Positions 51,701-61,429 of a stretch of 64,000 nt of DNA are shown piece by piece. Location of the stretch: NCBI GenBank assembly GCA_000182565.2, contig KQ257456.1, one strand, 5' to 3'. This stretch comes from Spizellomyces punctatus DAOM BR117. Lineage: Eukaryota. Within the stretch, counting starts at the first letter, position 1. The number at the start of each line of letters is the position of its first letter. The notes under the pieces are model-generated. The model was not told where the DNA came from, did not search any database, and saw nothing but the letters and a program-made list of their open reading frames with translations. A program made the position numbers and the translations under genes.

Positions 51701-52564
51701 GGCACATGGTCATATTGCGGAGAATAACCAAGAGCTCTTCTGTCTCCTCACTGCCAGATCACAAAGCAATGGTCAGTTATCACCATCAGAACATTTCAGG
51801 GGATATGTTAGTTAGTTGATAACCGACCTTGCTCGCCCCAAAAACCCAAGCCACAAGAACATGGGGCGGCCATCCTCCTCCAAGGCTCCTGTTAACAATT
51901 CTCGAGAGAAGACAACGCTTTCGGACTCCACATGCACAAAATGTATTGTACCGAAGCTATCGCCTACAACCAGAAACTTTGAATCGCGATTGTATGCGAC
52001 GAGCTCCGGAGGGCAGTCTAAGTGTGGAGGATCAGTAAGGGATCCAATGACACTGACGACTAGATGAGACAAACCGAACGTGATGGTGGTGTTATGTGTA
52101 GAGCATTTCGAGTCAAATAAATGTATCTGCTTCTCAACTGCTACGCAGAACCCTCCTGGTGACTCCACAATTGTGCACGCTGTAGATTCTTTCATTCCCT
52201 TTCATCAAAAGTATATCAGATTACGTGCCAATCCACAGGAGACCCAATCCGTACCAACCTTCAAATTATGCAATCGTGCAACAGTATCAACTTTATATAC
52301 CGATTGTTGACCTCGGTCGTTCAAGTCTTCCGTCTTCTCATTGTTCCCCCGTGGGAGTGACGAGCATTCTACAACATCATTGGACAGGCCATGGTTCCAA
52401 GTCGCAGCCTCACACTCTGGTGACAATGTCTCGACATTCCAAATTCCTTCCGGATATAGGTCCGTCTTCTCCCCTTTCTTTTCCTGTCTTTCCTCAAGTT
52501 TTTTAGGTACGTTGACGTCTTTATCTGGTTGGCCCGTCGACTCGCAAAGCTCGTCCGAAAGCAT
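42740..52564 (-). CDS. KNTC1: Rough deal (ROD/KNTC1) kinetochore RZZ subunit, many introns
   Basis: N-terminal beta-propeller-like exons (SKFLVVGDSFGTIHFVH...VVFSREL), then LYRLEQLLQ, LLDRVAAPELL, VLELMKRTPVPW, AKWWHQLRLLG, LEFARSYDI, SPYDYE and a Rod_C-like tail (REFEKCDKEAFVRSLWVNH). Spans ~9.8 kb. Confidence 0.8.
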
Positions 52565-53251
52565 TCTTCCTTCAATGAACGCGCTGCAAGGATGTCAGGA
52601 AACGTATTTATGGGCAGATTTTCACACGGACCGCCGTCAAGGCTAGCTCCAGTTGGATAGCCAGGCTCGTTATCATACAGCGCTGACAGGACACAATGGC
52701 ACGGCAATTCTCAGCATCTGGTAGGACGCTTGCACCTCTCGTGTCATTAACCCTAAAACAGCACAAATTGCTTCGGACATACACGTGACTAGCGATCGTG
52801 TATTTTATTCTGAGCATTGTGCAGAATTCGCTGAGCTGTAGATTTGTTGGCTTCCCCTCCTGTAATTGATACTCATAAGAAAACAGTATTGTTGGGATTG
52901 CCGTATTTGAATTGGTCGAGAACGGGCTTTAAAATTTATGCCACATCCAAATCACTATCTATGTCTAAATAAAAGTGCTTGCTGTGTCAAGGACATGCAT
53001 TGACATGTCAACAATGACCTGAATTGCAGAACTCGAGTGTGTAGGCTCAACTTCTCTTCCGTTCAGACGTGCTCATCCGTCAAAGGTTCCATGCGCAGAT
53101 CGGAGTTCTCTCTAAGCCACTTTCAATATTGCCTTTTAAAGCTAACGGTAGCATGTGACTAGTCATTTCCATGGTTACCATACACCCAAACCAACAAGGT
53201 TATTCATACCAGACAGGCCGATGCACTCTCTCATTCACTATAATCAATAAC

Positions 53252-53851
53252 ATGTTCAGAAATTCGGTGCGAGGAGTCACTCGCGGCTTCTCGACGACGT
53301 CTGTGACAAGCTATCCACGAAAGGCTCTCCCAAAGATTACCCCGCAACCTCCAACGTCTGCGCAACTCTCTGCCCCCCCTGCTCCTGCTCCCAAGTACCT
53401 TAAACCAATCTACCGACCTGCGCCGGCACCTCACATTCGTCTGGCCCGTCCACCTGCACCGCAGCGCCATATAACAGACACGGATACCGCTTTACCTCTG
53501 CCGACAACGTTTCCGGCTGGTGAGACATCCGGGTCCTATCTAGTCAGGCCACGGATACCTGCCAGCAAGCTAGATGGGACAGAGAACCCATATCCTTACA
53601 AGTATTATGAGATCAGTCTTCGCCGCTCCCTTAATGGACTTCCGGAAACAACAAAAGAGTATGCGCGAGCATTGGGGTTGGTCAAGAGACATCAGGTCGT
53701 GTGGAGGAAGGTGGGGCCGAGGAGTGCTGGTCAAATTTTGAGGATTCGAGAGCTGGTGGTGGTGCGTCTGGTCAATGAAATTCCAGAGAAACTACCTCTT
53801 CCTGCTGGATACGCAAAAGTAGGGAATGCTGTAGCGAATGCTGCGGTTTAA
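53252..53851 (+). CDS. mitochondrial ribosomal protein uL30m with presequence and long Pro-rich N-terminal extension
   Basis: YYEISLRRSLNGLPETTKEYARALGLVKRHQVVWRKVGPRSAGQILRIRELVVV matches the fungal MRPL33/uL30 pattern. MFRNSVRGVTRGFSTT is a typical mitochondrial targeting sequence. Confidence 0.85.
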   Translation: MFRNSVRGVTRGFSTTSVTSYPRKALPKITPQPPTSAQLSAPPAPAPKYLKPIYRPAPAPHIRLARPPAPQRHITDTDTALPLPTTFPAGETSGSYLVRPRIPASKLDGTENPYPYKYYEISLRRSLNGLPETTKEYARALGLVKRHQVVWRKVGPRSAGQILRIRELVVVRLVNEIPEKLPLPAGYAKVGNAVANAAV

Positions 53852-55534
53852 GAACTGATCCAGGCTATGTATACATATGCAATAGTACAATATATTTATC
53901 ACACTAAAAAAGCCGTTTCCGGCCGACATGACCTAATACTTGTGGCACGGGAGTGATTACCAGACCTGTGGCTAAGCATGTTGCGGCGGAGATTATCCAA
54001 TACCCGTTTGCGAAAACACAAAATTCCGCTCCTAAGTGTTGTGCCAAGGGTTGTTTTTATCTCACATCCGCTCTTCGGACCGACGATGAGTTCTTTTGCT
54101 CAACATGGGGAACACAAATTGGGGGATCTGTCGCGTGAGACAGTCTGCGTCATTCCATTATGTCTCTCATCTCTCTCTCTCGTCATCTCCAATGATCCAT
54201 GTGAAAGTGATACCCTCGGTGCCCGAGCCAGAGTTTAAGGATCATTTTACAAAAATCCCTTTGGGCAATTCCAGATTCACCACAAGGTCGTTCGACATGA
54301 AAAGTCCTTGTCTCTTTTGTTGTGGGAATGCCAAGTGTGTGTATGTGTGCTTTAACCTCTTGTCAGTAGCATCTGAATTGCCCCTCGTCTTGAAAGTACC
54401 ACAACCATCCAAAAGCACAAAACTGGGTTATAAAGTTTCTCTTGTGGTAGTTGCCAAAAATATCCCAACGACAAGCGCGCACTAAGCGACTCTTGGCAAT
54501 GACAAAATAGCAACAATACTAACGTGCCCCGACTCTAAGAGGCATTCTATTTTCAGATATCTGTCACTATTTTCAACTCATGTCATATTCACATACCCCA
54601 GCTACCCGATTCTGCAGCAAGGAGGTCCCGGTCCGTGCGTGAGACACGATGATTGCAGTTCCTGGCAGAACAGTTTATGATGCTTGCAAGATGGGCATTT
54701 CCATAGATCTGGAAATCGGACTTTTGGGCGCGCGGGAAATGGTAATTTTTTTTTTGGGCAAGGACGGGCCAAAGCCATGAAAATAATAAGCGAGCAGTGT
54801 TTTTTTTTACCCTTTTTTTTCTCTCTCTCCCTCTTGCATTTTGAGGAACGCTTTATTTCCATCTCCCCCCTTCTCTTCTTCATTTTGAACTAGGGGATGT
54901 TATCGGGATAATTGAAATACCCAGTTTTCAACAAGATAAATACTGGGCTCTCTTTGTTTTTTTCCTCCATCGCCTTGTTCTTTCTTAACGACGACGACGA
55001 CCAACGACAAACAACTGACCAACAAGAACACACACAAGTTTTTGTTTTGTGATCTGGCCGTTTCCTTTCCTTCCTCATAGCCTTTTGAAGGGGATTAGTC
55101 AAACCCCATTTTCTCTTTGCCTTACACACGGAAAGACTCGGCCACGCGGCAAGAAAGAGATTTGTCAGGCAGCCTCTCTCAAGTTTCACCAACAAGAACA
55201 CTCTTTTGAGACCGGATATCCGAAAGTGTTCAAACTTCCTCATTTTCGATCAGTCGACAGATTGGTTTTACCGCTAAGCCCACACAAGAAGAATTACAAC
55301 AAAACGCGCAAATCTTTTCAACACAAACCCGTTCAACACAGTAGTTGTAGACGTTGAGATCAAATAGGAAGGTCATATGCACTGAAGCAGGTAAGAGCTA
55401 CACCCATTTTGCAGTGTGATGCTGTGTTGGGAAAGAGAGAGAAGGGCCGAGTAGCCCCAAAAAAAGCTCTGCCAATTTTACTCCTTTTTTTCTCTTGTGG
55501 AAAATCATGACGCTGTGACTCATGTCCAGAAGTT

Positions 55535-55535
55535 T

Positions 55536-55569
<34 letters not shown>
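55535..55569. repeat. (GA)n microsatellite
   Basis: GAGAGA... run upstream of the AUR1-like gene. Confidence 0.9.
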
Positions 55570-56064
55570 TTTTTAATCCGCCGTTAGTCAATTGCGCCGT
55601 GGGAAAAAAAGCACTTGAGCAACTTGCCAGCTTCTTGCCGTTGGCAACCTTTTTTTCTTTTTATTTGCGTTCGGGAGGAAGGTTATTCCACTTTCACCTT
55701 TGTAAATATACTCACTCTCTTCTCCCCCTCCCTTCCTTCCTCCTTCAAGACTCCCTGACGAACGCAACAAAAAACACATTTACTACTAGTGTGGTATCGG
55801 ACGATCCCCTTGTTCTTTGGACGAAACAGCGAGATAACACACACACCGCATCGTTTCCGCGTGACGTCCTGCGCACCTCACTTGCTTTTTGACATCGCCA
55901 TCCGCAAAACGACGACGGACAAAAGCAAATCGAAAACGCCACCAAACCTTTAACGTCTACAAGGAAGGATCACGCTCTTCCCTCACACCCGCTTACGCGA
56001 CCACTCATTTTCAAACCCGCAATCACCATTCCGCTCTACAGACCACCGCACTCATAGCAAGCAC

Positions 56065-57248
56065 ATGGCCGCCTCAACATCATTACGGCGACTGTGCTTT
56101 TGTCAACCGCGCGGCTGCTTCCACTCGGCAAACGGAGTTTGCTCGCCCCTCTGCAGCTTTGTCAAAACCGCACTATTGGCCGTCCTACCAATAGGGATAT
56201 GGCTTCTCTTGTTCACATGCGCGCAATTCATTCCGTCATCATGGCGCCCAGGCATCTCCGTCGACGTCCTTCCCGCCTTGGATGAACTCTTGTTTGACAA
56301 CTCCCTCGGACTCTTATCCTTTTCTGCTGTCCTCGTTGCTGGGGGTTGGTTGGTCACTGGCTCGCAATTTTCCACCTTTCTCCTCTTTGTTCCTCTCGTA
56401 TTACGTGCACTAAGAGACTTGGCGGCAACACCTTCCACAGTCGCCGACGTGCTCGCCTTTTTACCCTACGGTCTCTTGCACTACATATCCCCTGCTGTGT
56501 TTGCCATCTGGCTGTGGTGGCACGCAGGTGTAAAGACGGCCATTGTGTTTGCTCAGGCATTTGGTGTACAAAACAGTCTCGGCGTCATTACCCAACTCTT
56601 ATTTCCAACTGCCGCTCCATGTAAGTGTTTGATCAGGCATAGCTGTCTATTTAAGCACAATCTTAACCTTTTTGATTCTCAGGGTACAATGATCTCTATG
56701 GTTTCGCGCCTGCGACATATTCCATGCCTGGGAACCCTGGTGGTCTCGCCCGTGTGGACAAGCTTTTCGGCACCCACATGTACGAATCTGCGTTCAACAA
56801 CTCTCCGCTCGTCTTTGGCGCAATGCCATCACTACACAGCGGCTTCGCCGTCTTGATTATGCTCTTTGCCATACATTTTTCCCGCCGCCTCGGAGGCGTG
56901 CTCGTAATATACATGTGCTGGCAATGGTGGGCGACAATGTATCTACGACATCACTACATGGTCGATCTATTCGTCGGTGCACTGTACTCTACTGCAACAT
57001 ATTTCCTCGCAAGACGATATCTGGTTCGGGCATCTGCGGGAATGGGGTTGGTTAGCCTTGCAAATGACTACAAACTACTGGATGTGGTGGTGATGGGGGA
57101 TATGATGGAGGCGAAGGGTAATGTCGGATCGGATGGGTCGTGGACAGAAACAATATTAAAGAGTCGGAGAGCGGGGGAGAGGGATTCATTGGTACAAAGT
57201 ACAGTCCCTCTGGAGGGTGTACTAATTGATGGGAGAGGGGAGCTATAG
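56065..57248 (+). CDS. AUR1: inositol phosphorylceramide synthase catalytic subunit (Aur1/Ipt1, PAP2 family)
   Basis: DVLAFLPYGLLHY, TQLLFPTAAP|WY, SMPGNPGGLARVD, FGAMPSLHSG and QWWATMYLRHHYMVDL. One intron at ~56621-56682. Confidence 0.9.
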
Positions 57249-57539
57249 CATTGGTGATGATTTTCTTTTACTTGTCTTTTTTTTTAATGTTCACTACTGG
57301 AGCTTTTTTCTCTTTCATATTTTTCTGTCTGGCCGAGTTACCGTCGAAATGCTTTTGTCGGTAGAGGGTTGGATGATGGGATATGGAGATGGTGTCTAAT
57401 ACTTCTGTGCGGGTTTGGAGTTATCAACCGTTATTTTGTACAATGGTTTTTCGTTTTTCTTTATTATAATAAGACTCTAGGTTGGAGGAACCATGCGGAC
57501 CCCCCTCGGCACTCGCGTCAATTGGCTTTTAGCCTTTCA

Positions 57540-58281
57540 TAGTTTGGCGGCGATTGAAAATGGCACTAGGACCCATTATTATCCGGATTAATCCGGTTAA
57601 TCATATCGCATAATCAGAACCCCCCTCTATCGCTCAGATTGGTGTGGCATGTATTGTAGTGTTTTTTTTTTAAACTGCGGTGAGGCGCATGCCAAAGGTC
57701 TATAAAAGGGGGGCCTTTTCCCTCTTTCCTCTTTACCCATCCTCGACTCGAAGCATCTGCGCAACGCTCATTGCGACCCACACAACCTCATCGCGACTCG
57801 GTCAACCATGAGAACGCCGATGTGGTGGTGTCGAGGACCTCGACCGCCCGACAGCAACCGTGATCAGAACCAGCGGCAACCAATCGGATCCGATAACAAA
57901 ACCTACTATTATACTGCCACATTAGTTGAGCTTGGTTGGTATGTATCGATGGCATTTCTTGGATTTCTTGTCATCGGGTCACCTCGCTGACATGCAGTTT
58001 TTTTTAGTCTCCAAGCCTTGTCACTGAAAATCCACCAGCTTGTGACGCTGCCCAGTCGATTCGCTCCTGGTTGCAAGAGTCTGGCTTCAATGCCATCAAG
58101 AGTTCTGGATCAAGGCCTAGTAGGGACCGCGTGTGGTGGTGGGCAGTTATCCGGTTAGAACAACCGTTACGTATTGCGTGTATAATTGCCTAGTAGTAGT
58201 TAGATAGCTTTTCCGAACCGGTTGTCGCCGGTTTATTCCCTGGTGTAGTAGCTAGTGCCAGTTTCTGTCACCTCTACACTA
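57540..58281 (+). mobile_element. non-autonomous TIR element, putative Fanzor1 'ghost' locus (copy B)
   Basis: The left junction reads CATA (57538-41), and there is a TA at 58280-81. TIRs TAgtttggcggcgattgaaaatggcactag and (rc) TAgtgtagaggtgacagaaactggcactag match at 23/30. Homologous to 35885-36525. Confidence 0.85.
57701..57707 (+). promoter_or_regulatory. TATA box inside ghost element B
   Basis: GGTCTATAAAAGGGGGGCC, conserved with copy A and followed by a pyrimidine-rich stretch. Confidence 0.55.
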
Positions 58282-58296
58282 CTTTAGCGTCATGAT
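58207..58296 (+). ncRNA. putative Fanzor omega-RNA: 75-nt scaffold (58207-58281) + ~15-nt flank-derived guide CUUUAGCGUCAUGAU
   Basis: GCTTTTCCGAACCGGTTGTCGCCGGTTTATTCCCTGGTGTAGTAGCTAGTGCCAGTTTCTGTCACCTCTACACTA, with stems AACCGG/CCGGTT and GTGTAG/CTACAC. The first 54 nt are identical to copy A. Confidence 0.75.
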
Positions 58297-59536
58297 ATGC
58301 GTTGATCACCCTGGAAATTAATAAATGTTTTTTTAAAGGGGACGCTTTGCTCATTGGTTCGCGCTTCCCACCTCCTTCTGCAAGGAGAGCGATTTGGTTT
58401 TTACTTGGTGGGATCATCTCTTCAGGTACAGAAGAGACAAACAAAACAAACTTCCAATTCATGTAACCAAATTCCATTAGAGAAAAAGGTTTCATTTTCC
58501 ACACACGTGAATTGCCCTAAGCGCTTAGGTACATGAACTGTCTCAATGTTTCAAAGCGTGTTTTTGTTACATCCTATTTGACATGAATTCATTCCGTAGG
58601 TGGTTCAAAGATTCATCCGAAAAGACACTAAATATTTGGGAAAGTCGGTAGCAGTATCGATGAGAAAGATAATAGAGATACCCCATTATATTGCATTGTA
58701 GGAGAAGCTATTGCTTTGTTCGTATTCACAGGGTGGAAGCTGCTGGTGGATGGGCGCAAGTTTTGTCCTTTTTGAGACTGGTTCTGTTTTGTTCCATATG
58801 TCGAACTGAGCTGATAGTTGACGGGCGCAACCCACATCCTTTACTGGAGTGTAATGGGGAGCAGGATTGAGCATGTCTCGTGCCACTTCAGCTTACTATA
58901 ATCATCATCGTTCACCCTTACACCCTGTTTTGGCCTGGGATACGACAATATTGACACCGACCCTTTGTGTGGTGGAAATGCTGGGGACAGGGAGATGGTT
59001 CGCGTTGGACGATCTCACCATTTCCTCGCCACGCGTGAAGGTAGGCGCGAAGCTAAGCTCGTTGCGCCCACCGGCCCGACCGCCGATCATGTCAAAAAAA
59101 GGCAACTCTTGGGAAAGAGACACGCGAGACAACAGATAAAAGCAAAAAAATAAAAAGCTTAGCGTTTCCTTATTAGGGCAAATAAGGCAAGCCATTCAAT
59201 GAACGAATGAACGGAAAAGCCACTGGCCGAGATGATTTACAAGTTTATTGAGGTTTGTGAAACTTGCATCTTTTTTTATTTTTTTTTTAGTTGAGATTTG
59301 TTTCTTGTAAAGAACAGTTTGAAGTGTGAAAAGATTCCCACGGGTTAGACTCAGCGCCGATCGTCCGCAGGATGGGCGCGGTCGTAGCGGTGCGCAAGCG
59401 GACTTGTTGGACGGGAGAATATAAAAGGCTTTGCTGGATGCCCCAATGCCCCGTCCACAAGTGTAGATTTGCACATTTGACAATAGTTTTGATATTTTCA
59501 TCGCGAAACTTCTATGAAAAAAACCTCTGTTGCAAG

Positions 59537-60429
59537 ATGTTTGGCATCACGTACTCTACTTTTCTGCTTGTTGTTGCTGCTATTGCGGCTAGAGCTGCTC
59601 CATCAGAGTGGATCTCTGCTCCATGCACATTTCATGACTATGAAGGAGATCAAGAGCGTTTAGGAGAAGCCTATGATAACAGTGCGTGTTCTTGTTTATT
59701 TGACGCGCGCGCCTGCGGGGAGATCGGCCATTGCTCACACAGTTCTATTCTTAATTACCATCAGGTCCAGGGTGGTGCGGTATTCGATACAGTGCTCTCA
59801 ATACAGCTCGCATCACCGCCGTATCAGGGTTGGGCGAGTCACTTTGCAACGCATGCCTCGAGATCCTGCCGGATGGCAACTCCACATCTACAAAATCCAC
59901 CTACGTTCTTGCTGTGGACCAGAAAGGTGCAGCTGGATTAGATGTTGCGCGGACGAGCTTTCAGAGTGTCTTTCCTGGTTCCAATCCGCTCGATCCGCAG
60001 GTCTGTCGCTACCGTGTAGTAGACTCTGCATTGTGTGGTGGCGTTTGCTTTGGCTCGGCGGAAGAATGCACTACTGGAAAGAGATGCTTGTTACCCGCCA
60101 ATGCCTTACCCCCCATACAAAAACCGGGAGCTGCAAATGCCAAGAAAACGACGTCGACAGCGTCGTATGCCGTATACCCCACTACGAATGTTGCCAATAT
60201 TCCCCCCACAACAAAGACTGGCGAACCCGCGGCAACCATATACCCGACTCCAACTCCTTCTGCCGACAACTCTGATACAAAGGTCGTGAGCCAGATCGTG
60301 CCGGTCGCTGCTCAGAGTACACCCATACCCAAGAACCAAGCTTACAGTGCTGGACAGAAACTCTTGGTTCGAGGTTGGACGGTGGGAGCCGCCCTTGTAT
60401 TTATGAGCGTGTGTTTGGCTGCTTTTTAG
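59537..60429 (+). CDS. secreted, probably GPI-anchored DPBB/expansin-like (RlpA-like) protein
   Basis: Signal peptide. After removing a GTGCGT...CAG intron (~59681-59764) the frame reads SPGWCGIRYSALNTARITAVSGLGESLCNACLEI...YVLAVDQKGAAGLDVARTSF. A T/P/S-rich stalk and hydrophobic C-terminus follow. Confidence 0.65.
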
Positions 60430-60824
60430 ACAAGATCTATGACTGCCCAAGACCCGAGTCCACAGCGCTGGACTGGAAAGTTCTCGGTGCGAGTATTTAT
60501 AGCTATCTATTTGGCGGCTTTTGAAGTTGATCTATGCACTGGTGCATCGCTGTAGATACTATAGATGGATAATTGCGGGGCAATTCATCCTTGTAAATAG
60601 CTTTTTATTTGTTATCTATGTTGAAAAAACAATGATCTGTATGCTTTGGTAAATGATTTCTAGTCTGGACAGGCTGGAACCATGATTTTTGTTGAAATGT
60701 AGCCGAATACAGTGTGTGTGCCATAAATTGTGGCAAATCAAGCATGCATTCGAACGATTTTTAATTCTTTTCATCCAAGAACTCTGGTATCGTAAGCCTT
60801 TTCTATCTACTCCTCCAAACAACC

Positions 60825-61233
60825 ATGCCCGACGCTCGCGCCCCCTTACTCACCGACGACGACGTCTTCACTCCCGCAGCAGAATCTGCTCTCAAGGAAA
60901 TCTTTTCCCGCTTTGACGTAGACAAGGACGGGAACCTATCGCGAGCGGAAATTGACGCATTTGCTATCGCAGCCAATGGCGAAAAGGTACATACAAGGTC
61001 TATCTTGCTCTCTGTAACCATTTCTCATTATGACTGCAAACTTCAAGTTTGATGAGGCAACCATTGAGGAACTCAGTGATTCCTTTGACACTACTGCAGA
61101 CGGCAAATTGACGCTGGAAGGGTTCCTGGATATGTACCACTTGCAGACTTTGAGCGATGAGGATGAAACGTGGAAGGATTTAAAGACATTTGGATATGAC
61201 GACAAGTTGGTGAAGAGCGATACGCAAACGTAG
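60825..61233 (+). CDS. small EF-hand calcium-binding protein
   Basis: EIFSRFDVDKDGNLSRAEI and FDTTADGKLTLEGFLDMY...ETWKDLKTFGYD. One ~41-nt intron. Confidence 0.85.
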
Positions 61234-61429
61234 CGTTAGACTTTTTGGGCATTGTACATGTGGTATCTGGTGCGGGATAGAGTTGGGAAAGTTGGTTAGC
61301 GTAATTTGCGCAGTTGCCATAGATACCGATGGATGAGTCAGCCAAGCAGAACCTCAACTTGCCTCACGTTGCTTTTGCAGCTGGGAGGGTCATTTGGTCA
61401 TGACCTCACTTGGTCAATATTCATCCAAT

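Noticed and set aside
53953-56060. Short ORFs in the 2-kb region upstream of AUR1
   Set aside because: They are composed of homopolymer and microsatellite-rich promoter/UTR-like sequence with no coding signature.
35885-58281. Treating the two homologous elements as ends of one 22-kb composite transposon or inversion
   Set aside because: Each copy has its own complete TIR pair and TA boundaries, their middles are strongly diverged, and the DNA between them is ordinary housekeeping genes.
57540-58281. Helitron2/Helentron (HINE) or ribozyme (retrozyme) interpretation
   Set aside because: The inverted repeats extend to both termini with TA on each side rather than being subterminal in a T-run. 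I found no hammerhead core (CUGANGA...GAAA) or HDV-like fold. The Fanzor ghost model explains more features.
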